From IMG/VR virus record IMGVR_UViG_3300027320_000003, positions 6,192-70,191 of that record: a DNA stretch of 64,000 nucleotides; one strand, given 5' to 3'. The translations under genes were made by a program, and so were the position numbers. The notes under the pieces are model-generated. The model searched no databases. It had not been told where the DNA came from and saw nothing but the letters and a program-made list of their open reading frames with translations. Below, piece by piece: positions 9,132 through 18,242 of the stretch (its first letter is position 1; each line of letters begins with the position of its first letter). Source of the DNA: a virus. Its lineage: Duplodnaviria; Heunggongvirae; Uroviricota; Caudoviricetes.

Positions 9132-9749
9132 TCAGAATAGGAAGTTTTTTAGGCGAGTGGGGTGTGTGGCGTTCAGGTCTATCCGGTTCTTTGCTAGGAG
9201 ATATGTTACCGCCGCCGAAAGTGCATCACTCATGGCCCAGGCGGTTGACTCATCAATCTTATCTGGCTGGTCCTTGGGTGGACGTTTCATCCTTGGCCAC
9301 ACGATACCAGGCCATAGCTTGGATATAGACCGCAGCACCGTGTTCTTGTCACCATCAGCGGCGTGCCAATTCGTAATACCAGTGCTGTTCTTCTTGCTAT
9401 TCAACGGCGTTACTGGATAAACCTCTAGATTAGCGTCAAAGAGATGCTTAATGCAGGCGACAGAGGCCGCCGTAAATGCCGTACTCATCGCCATACCACG
9501 AATAGCACCAGCGCTCATTGCACCACCTGTTGGGTATTCAATAACAATCGTCTCTGGTCGCCATTCCTTATAGAGCTCAAGGATGCGCACCGCATGCTCA
9601 GAGATACGGCCAACATTAAAACCTGTTACGCCATCCTTCTTATCCTTGTACTTTGGACGAAAGCATTCAAGGTGTACAACGGCTAGCGTCTGGCTGTCTA
9701 GCACCGCAATACCTGGTGCGGTAAGACCGGCATCAATGGCAAGTATCAT
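9132..9749 (-). CDS. ruvC: RuvC-like Holliday junction resolvase
   Basis: ILAIDAGLTAPGIAV, IVIEYP, MSDALSAA acidic RNase H-fold motifs. Confidence 0.75.
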   Translation of the reverse strand: MILAIDAGLTAPGIAVLDSQTLAVVHLECFRPKYKDKKDGVTGFNVGRISEHAVRILELYKEWRPETIVIEYPTGGAMSAGAIRGMAMSTAFTAASVACIKHLFDANLEVYPVTPLNSKKNSTGITNWHAADGDKNTVLRSISKLWPGIVWPRMKRPPKDQPDKIDESTAWAMSDALSAAVTYLLAKNRIDLNATHPTRLKNFLF

Positions 9750-10153
9750 GATTGTGCAGTGCCTAGCGCGGATCGCAGAAGTTCAGCTGCTTCGCTGCCG
9801 GTGAGTTTTTTCATTGTGGATAGGCTATCAGCTAGCTTTGATATAACTTCAGCATCGGTTTGATTTACCTGTGCGGTTATCGTGGATGAGCTGTGTGCGA
9901 ATGAAAGAATTGACTTAACCCAGTCGCTCTCCATCTCCTTAAGGTTGCCAGAGGCAAGCAGAAGATTGGCAATTGCCTCAATCTGATTTAACCTGCTCTC
10001 CCGTGAGTGCACCTCCGTAATAGGCACATAGTCGTGTCCAAGGTTGCTATCGAACAGATAGGAGGCCAGAGTACCTGTGAGGTTGTCTCTTAACGCGGCG
10101 AATCTTCGCTGTAAATCGTCATATTTTCCGTTGCAGGTGCAGTTTTCAGGCAT
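9746..10153 (-). CDS. Hypothetical protein
   Basis: 135-aa ORF preceded by GTATTTAA-N3-ATG. Confidence 0.6.
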   Translation of the reverse strand: MPENCTCNGKYDDLQRRFAALRDNLTGTLASYLFDSNLGHDYVPITEVHSRESRLNQIEAIANLLLASGNLKEMESDWVKSILSFAHSSSTITAQVNQTDAEVISKLADSLSTMKKLTGSEAAELLRSALGTAQS

Positions 10154-10207
10154 AGATTAAATACAGAACCCCATGCATCTATTTTTAGGTTTATTGGTTC
10201 TAGCGAT

Positions 10208-10639
10208 ATGGACGATAGTCATCCAAGAAATTACTGGGCTGCGGCGGAGGCGAGCAACGAGCCTGTCCCGGTTATCATATACTGCAGTTCGGATAGCTCG
10301 CCAACCAGACCGCTGGCCATAAACAATTACTATCCAGGTTACACCCACCACAAAACATACGACCTGTCCTGTGGAACGTGCGAATTTGCAACTCTGGTTA
10401 TTAGTCGCAAAGACGTGTCGGTGAGGTTAAACATCACCGGCGGTAGAACAGCGTTTGAAGGGCCATTTGGTGGTTGCTATATGAGCATACTGCCCGTAGG
10501 TCGGTGGTGTGAACTAGGCGGGATGCACTGGCTGGTCGCTGTTCCAAAGACTAAGGTTAAGAACCTATGCAAATTAGGTGTTCGTAGTTTCAACCGCTAT
10601 CAACGCCGTCTAGCCGAACAGGAGTTGCTCGGTGAGTAA
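10208..10639 (+). CDS. Hypothetical protein ending in partial tag (AEQELLGE*)
   Basis: ORF; GTTCT-N6-ATG. Confidence 0.55.
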   Translation: MDDSHPRNYWAAAEASNEPVPVIIYCSSDSSPTRPLAINNYYPGYTHHKTYDLSCGTCEFATLVISRKDVSVRLNITGGRTAFEGPFGGCYMSILPVGRWCELGGMHWLVAVPKTKVKNLCKLGVRSFNRYQRRLAEQELLGE

Positions 10640-11087
10640 GATGAAGGTTAATACCCCGGTGGACCTGGTATTGTCATCCTACCAGGCTCTAAGCTCAATT
10701 GAGCAACGGGCTCTCGTCGAGAGGATGAGTAAGTTTTCGTTACCATCTGACGACTACTTTACGGCAGTGTTAACACGGATTGACGAGCGTGGTAACATTG
10801 ACGCAGTAAGTCAGTGCACTGTTAAGGTTGGCGAATCTCACTGGATTGCATCTGGAAACGTGACTATTGGCGAAAACCTGCGTGCTAGATATATCGTAAC
10901 CTCCAGTAATCGCAAGATTAGGTTAATGGTGCGGTCAAATAGGTTTGTAAAATATGGGACCCTTTGGTACTACCTGTCCATACACCGAGTAAAGAGTCTT
11001 AATCTCGACATGTTGCGGAAACGTGTGTCTAGGTTATTCAAAAGAATGATGTCACGAGAGGCCAACAAAGTTATCCTCAGCGAGTAA
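10632..11087 (+). CDS. Hypothetical protein ending in partial tag (ANKVILSE*)
   Basis: ORF overlapping upstream stop (GTG AGT AAG within GGT GAG TAA). Confidence 0.6.
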   Translation: MSKMKVNTPVDLVLSSYQALSSIEQRALVERMSKFSLPSDDYFTAVLTRIDERGNIDAVSQCTVKVGESHWIASGNVTIGENLRARYIVTSSNRKIRLMVRSNRFVKYGTLWYYLSIHRVKSLNLDMLRKRVSRLFKRMMSREANKVILSE

Positions 11088-11168
11088 CAATTGGCCCAAG
11101 GATTTGATCCTCTAGTCCATATATAATCCTCTGCACGCCATATATGGCATGGCAGTACTTAACCTCCC

Positions 11169-11492
11169 ATGCCCTATAAGTTTCGTATCGTAGTTGCTAT
11201 TTCTAAATCAAAATCCGGTGACAATTGGCACCACTCCACGTTTCATCTCAAGTCAGACACAACGTCTAGGTGCAGTGTAACAGGGTTGCGCGCCATCAAT
11301 GCTAATGGGCGCGTGGTTGTTACCCATCATGGTCGCAAGCTAAAGCACATCGTTCCAAATGATACCACTGAACAAACCGTATCATATGCAGCAGTTGACC
11401 CGGCAAAACGTCCGCGGCACACCATTTCACGAGTTGCTGCGGCACTTCGGTATGCGGCAAGTCGCAGATCAAGATTAGAGGTTGTCATTTAA
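11169..11492 (+). CDS. Hypothetical basic protein
   Basis: 107-aa ORF; GTACTTAA-N6-ATG. Confidence 0.6.
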   Translation: MPYKFRIVVAISKSKSGDNWHHSTFHLKSDTTSRCSVTGLRAINANGRVVVTHHGRKLKHIVPNDTTEQTVSYAAVDPAKRPRHTISRVAAALRYAASRRSRLEVVI

Positions 11493-11519
11493 AGAGTTTC
11501 CAACACACCTTGTATTCTT

Positions 11520-12205
11520 ACATCAAGGATCAACTATCCCCTGAGGAGTTGCAGTACAATGAGACTGGCCTATGCCATACTGAGAATGGACCCGGTGCAG
11601 ATCTCCCCGTCAGTCTACCCAGGACAAAATGTTATCCCTCCAAATCACTACATCGCCTAACCGATGTAATAGCTGAATTGAGTATTGCATAAACGCTGCT
11701 CAGTTCGAGACCACCTCAACGGTGAATCGGCCCGGTCTCAGTTAGAACAAACGTAAGGCATAGGCTGCCCAAATGGGACTATGCTGTAGCTATGGGTGTC
11801 GAGAACATACACCCACTATTAATCTTTAGGGCACCAGTAACATGGTGATCTCGCTAGGTCAGGCACTCGTGCCAGTCAAGTTCTCGTGGATATGGATCTA
11901 CAGTGATACGTTTGTTGGGAGCCGAAAGTCTAGCACAGCGTAGTGCTAGGTAGTAGAAGGATGAGTATCGGATAGTGATTCGCCGAATATGGAGACTAGG
12001 CATACCTCCAACCAGCCGTGAAAAAGGAAGACGAAGAGTCGTCGGCTACGTGAATCATGCTGCTCAGCTACTAGCCGTGTCATCTATACGATGCAAGCCC
12101 ACGGACAACTAAGGTTGCCCTTAAGGGCAACCGAGCCAGCAGCTATAGGTTCATACCTCCGCGGCATGGTAACACCTCCACGTCCACCGGGTAAATGCCA
12201 ACCGT
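11520..12205 (+). ncRNA. Candidate large structured ncRNA (~680 nt)
   Basis: No credible ORF; at least 9 hairpins, a 20-nt perfect palindrome, a long-range 7-bp pairing; TATTCT element at 11513-18 just upstream. Confidence 0.55.
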
Positions 12206-12303
12206 ACTTCCTCCATGAGGACCTCTAGGCGCACCGTTGAACATACGTTCGAAGCTTGGGCCACAGGGCAGGCCATATCCCATTAACAGCATGTTCTACT
12301 AAT

Positions 12304-12654
12304 ATGGGTACGGATAAACCACGCAACAATTTAACGGCCGACCAATTAGCTGTAGTAGAGGGTATAGGCATACTTGACCTAGCTGTGGATGTCGTCATAA
12401 ACAGTGCTGGAGACATCCTGTTCACGGTAGAGAATAGACGATACTACCTAGGCATGCTCAAGAATGGAAAGATACACTTCCTACAGAGATGGGTGGTAGG
12501 ACGGAACGCTGTAGAAACCGATGGCCATACCACCTATGTTAATATTGGCATGCCACGTGCCTCCGGAGATATAGCCATGGATATGGTGGTAGAGAGCGTC
12601 CGTGCCATGATATTCCCGGGGGTGGCCGCTGACCTCGAGATTATGACTGAGTAG
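12304..12654 (+). CDS. Tagged-module family protein (ends IFPGVAADLEIMTE*)
   Basis: GTTCT-N6-ATG start at 12304; C-terminal P-x3-A-x3-hh-x-E. Confidence 0.65.
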   Translation: MGTDKPRNNLTADQLAVVEGIGILDLAVDVVINSAGDILFTVENRRYYLGMLKNGKIHFLQRWVVGRNAVETDGHTTYVNIGMPRASGDIAMDMVVESVRAMIFPGVAADLEIMTE

Positions 12655-12657
12655 CCT

Positions 12658-12840
12658 ATGGAACTGGCCTACAGAGTACGTTACACGGCCGGCAGTAGGG
12701 AGCATGCCAGGCGAGGCACGGTTTGGGCCTATACACCACGGCAGGGTATGATCCGACTGGTGCGGGTGTTACGGAGATACCGACATGAGGGTCAGGTGGT
12801 GGTTATACATGGGATAGATTTGGTGATAGTTAGTCCGTGA
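12658..12840 (+). CDS. Small hypothetical protein
   Basis: 60-aa ORF; GTGA overlap with next gene. Confidence 0.5.
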   Translation: MELAYRVRYTAGSREHARRGTVWAYTPRQGMIRLVRVLRRYRHEGQVVVIHGIDLVIVSP

Positions 12841-13556
12841 ACAAGAATGAATGGATAGGTCATTATGTGAAGAGATACGCCGTGGAGGCCCATGTATCAC
12901 TGGGGGTTGCGGATACCGAGCTACGGATAATCTATGATGAGATGTATGCTTTTTTGGCCACGGATGATGGTGGCATGGGGTTAGGTAGGGCTGGGGCCTC
13001 GGAGTTACTGGCCGATAGGAATCTGTCCATGGATCTAATCCGTTACGTCAGAGATGTGTATGGTACGGCTAAGGACATGGTTGATGCATTCAATGATGGT
13101 GGTGATGCTCCGCAGGCCTACAACCTAGACAGCACAGGGTGGGCCTTTATATTACCCTATGTGGAGCGGTATCATGGTAGAAAGGCGGATGATTCGGTTA
13201 TGTCGGAGTCAGCAGGCAAGTACCGGATAACAGAGAAGAACGTTGGCCCTGCACGTTGGAGGACACTTGGTTGGCTTGGGTTACAGGACAAATGCATATA
13301 CCACGGCAAAGTTTCACCAAAGCCACGCGACACCATAATATCAGTGCAGTTCAAGGTCGGCGGAAATTACTACCGGTTAAGGCTTATGCACCACGGCCAG
13401 GTGTTAATGATGTACGCATATAGGGATTTACTCTGGCAGGCAGTGACAGGTTACCGCCCGTCAGACGAGGAAGTATTCGCTATTTTACACCCTGGTGAAG
13501 CCGCTAATAGCGAGATTATGGCTGAGGCCCTAGTCCAGAGGTATCTAAACCGCTAG
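12837..13556 (+). CDS. Two-module tagged-family protein
   Basis: Internal KADDSVMSE|S and C-terminal LHPGEAANSEIMAE|ALVQRYLNR*. Confidence 0.7.
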   Translation: MNKNEWIGHYVKRYAVEAHVSLGVADTELRIIYDEMYAFLATDDGGMGLGRAGASELLADRNLSMDLIRYVRDVYGTAKDMVDAFNDGGDAPQAYNLDSTGWAFILPYVERYHGRKADDSVMSESAGKYRITEKNVGPARWRTLGWLGLQDKCIYHGKVSPKPRDTIISVQFKVGGNYYRLRLMHHGQVLMMYAYRDLLWQAVTGYRPSDEEVFAILHPGEAANSEIMAEALVQRYLNR

Positions 13557-13581
13557 GTCGTGATTTGTGGTTCTATGGAGG

Positions 13582-13881
13582 ATGAAGCTTATTATCAAAT
13601 ATGTGTCCAAGGAACTACTGGACAGTCTCGGAGTTACCGGGTTAAATTACATCTATAGTCCAACAACCAAGGTTGGCGATAGGCTGTATATCTGTTGCGT
13701 TCGCAGATTCGGTGGAGTTGCTGACCTGCTAAAGTACATCCGTGAGCAGGTTGGTGATCTATACATTCTTGACATAGTACGGCCAGACATCAACGCTATT
13801 ATTCCCGAGGTATCTAGCCAGGAGGAAGGTGTCAATTATTACATGTCCTGTTTTACCGTTAAGGGTACACCGTCCAAATAG
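13582..13881 (+). CDS. Hypothetical protein
   Basis: ORF with GGAGG SD before ATG 13582. Confidence 0.55.
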   Translation: MKLIIKYVSKELLDSLGVTGLNYIYSPTTKVGDRLYICCVRRFGGVADLLKYIREQVGDLYILDIVRPDINAIIPEVSSQEEGVNYYMSCFTVKGTPSK

Positions 13882-13920
13882 GCCTGCTTTCCATGCGACG
13901 GACGCGATGTACTCTACCGT

Positions 13921-14247
13921 ATGACAGAGAACATGGAACGGCTGAGTTGCCTCAGCAAGGAGCAGTACGACACAGTACGTGCATGCGGTATCCTAGAGGC
14001 AACGGACGTCACGGTTGAGATGACGGGAGAGTTTGCGAACGTTTATTTCACGGCCGTAACGGAGCAGCACTATCTCTTCGTCAGCAAGCGTGGTGGGATA
14101 CTCGCCCTATATAGGTGGCCAACGTCACCGGATGAGTACTGGGATAAACCGCACTGGCAAATCGTAACCGTAAAAGATAGCGCGGCTGATATCAAGTTGC
14201 ACCTCTTCCCATGGTTAGCAGCCAACGAGGCATTGTTAAATGAGTGA
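13921..14247 (+). CDS. Tagged-module family protein (LFPWLAANEALLNE*)
   Basis: TTTCCA 13888-93, N16, TACTCT, N5, ATG; tag. Confidence 0.7.
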   Translation: MTENMERLSCLSKEQYDTVRACGILEATDVTVEMTGEFANVYFTAVTEQHYLFVSKRGGILALYRWPTSPDEYWDKPHWQIVTVKDSAADIKLHLFPWLAANEALLNE

Positions 14248-14602
14248 ACCTGACATAATCCAAGGTGGAACGCCATTCACGGACTGGTCCTATAGCCGCT
14301 TCATCGACGAACTCAAGATATTTGCCACGAGAATAGAGGGACTCGGGTTCAAATACGACGCCTACCGGACGACTGTGATAGTTCAGGTTTTTGTCTACGC
14401 ACGCCTAGACGATGGCCGGAAAGAATCCGTGGAGGTGGTGTATGACCGTGGATGTGAGTGGATCACCATATTGCGAACTGGTGGTCTTGACACTGTTACG
14501 CTGGCCTGCAATGGCCCAGGAAAGTATGCGGTAACTTTTAGGATGGCCATTACGGCGTTGGACCCAGGTACTGAGGCCCAAAGGAGTGTCATAGATGAAT
14601 AG
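14240..14602 (+). CDS. Tagged-module family protein (LDPGTEAQRSVIDE*)
   Basis: Coupled overlap; tag. Confidence 0.7.
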   Translation: MSEPDIIQGGTPFTDWSYSRFIDELKIFATRIEGLGFKYDAYRTTVIVQVFVYARLDDGRKESVEVVYDRGCEWITILRTGGLDTVTLACNGPGKYAVTFRMAITALDPGTEAQRSVIDE

Positions 14603-14972
14603 GGTGCCAACCAAATCCGGTGATGTATTGACGCCAGTTGGCCTTGAAAATCTTACCACTGAGGAGCACGAGGTGGTTAGAAGGATTGGTATATTGGATT
14701 CGGCGGCCGTATATGGCATAATTGCCTCGATTCGTAGTTCAACGTACCTCCATCACAGGCGCGTGGCTAAGGTTACGTTCCACGTCGGGGAGGATCTTTT
14801 CAAGGCGGAAATTACGTCCATTAGTCCAGTGGCGCGGATAAATCTGTTCGTTTTTGCCCTGCACACGGCAGGCACTACCTGGAAACCGCTGCACGTCTCT
14901 GGCGCACCTGAGGCCATCCGATCAACGCTATTCCCAACCGAGGTCGCGGAGAGCTCGATTATGGACGAATAA
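14595..14972 (+). CDS. Tagged-module family protein (LFPTEVAESSIMDE*)
   Basis: Coupled overlap; tag. Confidence 0.7.
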   Translation: MNRVPTKSGDVLTPVGLENLTTEEHEVVRRIGILDSAAVYGIIASIRSSTYLHHRRVAKVTFHVGEDLFKAEITSISPVARINLFVFALHTAGTTWKPLHVSGAPEAIRSTLFPTEVAESSIMDE

Positions 14973-15270
14973 CCCTACGATTCTCCCAAAGACCTTTATT
15001 AGCAAGGTGCACAGGGCCACCTTAGATAGAATTGGCATCACCAGACTAGACACGTTGGAAACGAGGTCCGGGTCGTCAGTGATGGGTACCTGGATTGACT
15101 TCAGCGCGCAGGATGTATGTTGGTGCATAAACCTGGACGGGCGTGGAAAAGTTATTAGCCTCCACTCCATGGGTGCAAGAATGACCTACCTCAGTGAGCC
15201 GACGGACGAGATGATTCTAGCGCACCTCTACCCGACAATGACCGCGGAGGGTGCCATCTCACAGGAATAG
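14965..15270 (+). CDS. Tagged-module family protein with ACG in the expected start position (LYPTMTAEGAISQE*)
   Basis: Homology to neighbours begins at ACG AAT AAC overlapping the upstream GAC GAA TAA. Confidence 0.55.
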   Translation, partial: TNNPTILPKTFISKVHRATLDRIGITRLDTLETRSGSSVMGTWIDFSAQDVCWCINLDGRGKVISLHSMGARMTYLSEPTDEMILAHLYPTMTAEGAISQE

Positions 15271-15442
15271 TTAGCCCATAGAAGATTTGAAACCAATATC
15301 GCAGGCGAACCTTGGACCGCGGCGGTGGAAGACGATTACGGATCTGGATCTACAGGACATTGGAAAAGTAGTCTCATAATCTGCACCTAGTGTTACCAGT
15401 GGCGTCCAATTCTCCCTGGATGGAAAGCTATACCGCCTTCGG
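15263..15442 (+). pseudogene. Degraded N-terminal part of a tagged module
   Basis: Frame reads NLGPRRWKTITDLDLQD (cf. NVGPARWRTLGWLGLQD in 12837..13556) with in-frame TAG 15272 and TAA 15377, no ATG. Confidence 0.6.
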
Positions 15443-16036
15443 ATGTACCATACCGGTATGATAATGGCGCTAACCACATGGCGAGATAACGCGTGGTACA
15501 TCGTAATTGGCATGGATCCATCGGTTGAGGATGTTTGGACGGCCCTATATCCTGGACGGGCAGCTGAGACCGAGCTGTTGTCGGAGTTAACCGGAGTATT
15601 TAAACCTATGAAGAGTCGCCACATTTTAAGTAAGATCATCAACGAGTCGCACAAGAGCATTGGATGGGCCAAGTTCGCGCAGCCAACATACAGCGCTATT
15701 AGGGCGAATAAGGACGAAATTGCTCTCGCTAGATTATATGATGAGGTTCTCGGTCTTCTCGTTGAGAAGGACATGGACGGGTCGGGTATCGCCTTCACAC
15801 AGGCCGAAGCAGAGAAATTCCTTAACTTTACACCGCATGTTGAGGCCATTCTTAAGGGAATCATTCTTGTTTACGGGTCCGTTGAGAACGCTCTTGAGGA
15901 CTGGTTGAACAACGGCGCTCCAGCTGCTCACGACCTCGACAACACCGCATTTAAGGGATTGCTTCCTCTTATCAATCGATTCGAACGTGCCAACGGTATC
16001 CGCAGAGACGCTGACGGATACCGCGTCGCTCGGTAG
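15443..16036 (+). CDS. Remaining intact part of module fusion protein (LYPGRAAETELLSE|L...)
   Basis: 197-aa ORF in frame with the degraded upstream segment. Confidence 0.55.
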   Translation: MYHTGMIMALTTWRDNAWYIVIGMDPSVEDVWTALYPGRAAETELLSELTGVFKPMKSRHILSKIINESHKSIGWAKFAQPTYSAIRANKDEIALARLYDEVLGLLVEKDMDGSGIAFTQAEAEKFLNFTPHVEAILKGIILVYGSVENALEDWLNNGAPAAHDLDNTAFKGLLPLINRFERANGIRRDADGYRVAR

Positions 16037-16093
16037 CATTCTGTCTAACCGGCTTAATCTTTCCACATTCCATTGGAGGTGTATTCTACTGGC

Positions 16094-16372
16094 ATGAACA
16101 AGCCATCCTTCCATCTCCCTATTCCAATGCTAACACGGGTAGTAACGTTTAGATGGAGTGAGCTTATGGATGGCAAAAATGGAACAGTTTACGGTATATC
16201 CAGCGAAGGCGTCATCTTCAATTACATTGTTCACCTGGACTCGCCAGTGTTAGTTAACGGCGAGATGCATCTTGCCCTGTCCGTACCTGGTACTAATCTT
16301 ATGGGTGTTGATGGAACTGATTACCGCCTTCACGAAGCCCATCCTTCTCGCCCCAGTCAACGGGCTTCATAA
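16094..16372 (+). CDS. Hypothetical SH3-like small protein (leaderless start)
   Basis: TTTCCA 16060-65, N16, TATTCT, N6, ATG 16094. Confidence 0.55.
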   Translation: MNKPSFHLPIPMLTRVVTFRWSELMDGKNGTVYGISSEGVIFNYIVHLDSPVLVNGEMHLALSVPGTNLMGVDGTDYRLHEAHPSRPSQRAS

Positions 16373-16411
16373 TGTTCTTTCCACCACCGATGAGCGGTGT
16401 ATTCTACCTCC

Positions 16412-16591
16412 ATGGACTACCTTGTAATATTTGAAGACGGCACATTGCTGCTAATGGAGACGGTATCCGCTGAGGATTTAGCCGCCTCGAACGACGGAAT
16501 TATCACCATTGTCTACCTTAAGGATCGTACCGTCCATCGTGGTGGTACTACTTGGGATCCTATTAAAGAGTACACCGCGGAGAAACCATGA
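16412..16591 (+). CDS. Small hypothetical protein (leaderless start)
   Basis: TTTCCA 16378-83, N16, TATTCT, N6, ATG 16412. Confidence 0.55.
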   Translation: MDYLVIFEDGTLLLMETVSAEDLAASNDGIITIVYLKDRTVHRGGTTWDPIKEYTAEKP

Positions 16592-16866
16592 GTGGCTTTA
16601 ACTTTGCTGAGGCCGACAAGGACCTCTCAGATATGTACCGGTTCTCAGTTGGCGACGGTGTTGCCGAATCTATGGCCGCCAAGATTAACCTACTGGTCTT
16701 GAAGGCCAGGCAGGCGGGTGCAGATGAGGCCCGAGCTAGCATGCGCTGTGATACTTGTGTTGACTACTGGGAGTCGAGTCACGGATCAAAGCATTGCCTG
16801 CGATACGCCCGCACAATGCCGGAAAATTTCGGCTGCATAAACCACGCACTAAAAGGAACACCATGA
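16588..16866 (+). CDS. Hypothetical protein with Cys cluster
   Basis: CDTC...HC...GC; ATGA-coupled. Confidence 0.55.
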   Translation: MSGFNFAEADKDLSDMYRFSVGDGVAESMAAKINLLVLKARQAGADEARASMRCDTCVDYWESSHGSKHCLRYARTMPENFGCINHALKGTP

Positions 16867-17114
16867 GCAAATACGATTCAGAGGCTGCGAAACTATTGAA
16901 GCTAATCGAAGAGGCGCAGGAGACTGAGATGGTCGATGACTACGTTGACGTCTGCTGCCACGCTATCCGCAAATTTCTCGACCAGAACCGTGCATTTGAT
17001 GTACGGTTCATGGAGTGGATGTTAAACAACACGGCGATGGTCGCGCTCAAGTTTGACAATAACCCGATAAAGGCGAAAGAGTACTGGTTGGCCAATGTTC
17101 ACATGGAGAGCTAG
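16863..17114 (+). CDS. Hypothetical protein
   Basis: ATGA-coupled ORF. Confidence 0.55.
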   Translation: MSKYDSEAAKLLKLIEEAQETEMVDDYVDVCCHAIRKFLDQNRAFDVRFMEWMLNNTAMVALKFDNNPIKAKEYWLANVHMES

Positions 17115-17786
17115 ATGATCATCAACTCTGACTTTAAGGATTACTACGACAAGGCAGCCTCCTACGGCATCGATAAAACCGTGGCATGGAACAGACGGAG
17201 TGTTAAGTATTTCCACGTTCGGCGAGGAGACGGACCAGCGGAAGGACTAAACAGAATTACAGACAAGAAAATAACCACCGCCGCAGATCTACTAGGCTTT
17301 CGGCACATTGAGAGCCACGAGTTATCTGACACACTTCTATTCTGCGGTGAAATATGGGTGATTGTCTATGACACCACCAGCGATCTCGTTAGAATTATCT
17401 CCGAGAAGGAGGCTGAGGCGGTATCCACCCGAAAAATCAAGAGCAGGAAACTATCTTGGATGTACGGTCCATGGGGTGGTGGATACGGTGCCCGTCATGC
17501 TGCTGCTGATCTTATTCACAAGGCGTACGAATCTCCAGTAATACTGGTCGCCGGTTGGCGACATGGATCGTCAAGCATTACCGTAAACCCGTCACTACGA
17601 AAGATCGGTTTCTACCAGGATGCCTCAATGATCTTCTCAAAGATTCACAGCTACCTGTCGCCTAAGGATAAGGAGACCGTTAAGGTAGCCGACAAATACC
17701 GGATCGCCGCCCACGGATACGATAAAGACAGCTTTCGCCATGAACCTGGTGGACCAGCACGGAAACGTAAGAAAGCCGCCGGTTAG
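17115..17786 (+). CDS. Hypothetical phage protein
   Basis: 223-aa ORF starting MIINSDFKDYYD. Confidence 0.7.
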   Translation: MIINSDFKDYYDKAASYGIDKTVAWNRRSVKYFHVRRGDGPAEGLNRITDKKITTAADLLGFRHIESHELSDTLLFCGEIWVIVYDTTSDLVRIISEKEAEAVSTRKIKSRKLSWMYGPWGGGYGARHAAADLIHKAYESPVILVAGWRHGSSSITVNPSLRKIGFYQDASMIFSKIHSYLSPKDKETVKVADKYRIAAHGYDKDSFRHEPGGPARKRKKAAG

Positions 17787-17794
17787 GAGAGCGT

Positions 17795-18229
17795 ATGCCT
17801 ATCAGTAGAGCGCCAATAGAGCTTCTGAAAGACGATTTTAAACGCGGAACTTTCTTCGGCAACTCGTCATATACGACTAAGGCGCTGATCGGGTCTATTC
17901 CAGTCGTGTTTAAGGAATGGAACTTTGGACCGGATGACCAGGCCCAATCTCACCTGCCGCATAAATACCAGCTTGGTGAGCACCTTCGCGGGTGCAAGCA
18001 CTGGGATGATGGAATCGCTAACATGAAGATTCACTCCATAGACACGTTTGACACGGTTCTTCTCAGGTATGTCGCAGTGTGCAGCGTTACCATTAGAGGT
18101 AAGTATATCGAACAAACCAGTAAAGTGTTCACAATGGACACGGCGGATCGCATTGACGAGATATTCAATTGGGTGCATGCCACGCTTGAACCATCTGAAA
18201 GCGCCGAGACCGAGGTGCTAACCGAGTAG
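17795..18229 (+). CDS. Tagged-module family protein (LEPSESAETEVLTE*)
   Basis: ORF with SD; tag. Confidence 0.7.
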   Translation: MPISRAPIELLKDDFKRGTFFGNSSYTTKALIGSIPVVFKEWNFGPDDQAQSHLPHKYQLGEHLRGCKHWDDGIANMKIHSIDTFDTVLLRYVAVCSVTIRGKYIEQTSKVFTMDTADRIDEIFNWVHATLEPSESAETEVLTE

Positions 18230-18242
18230 ACTGATTTACATC

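Noticed and set aside
11497-11518. Class A promoter upstream of the candidate ncRNA
   Set aside because: TTTCCA to TATTCT spacer is 10 nt, not 16, so not counted; only the -10 is taken as support
11520-12205. Group I/II intron, RNase P, tmRNA or IscB omega-RNA as identity of the large structured region
   Set aside because: No interrupted gene, no domain V or P7 R/S pair, no RNase P CR-I/CR-V, no tmRNA ends, no adjacent IscB/TnpB; only short chance resemblances
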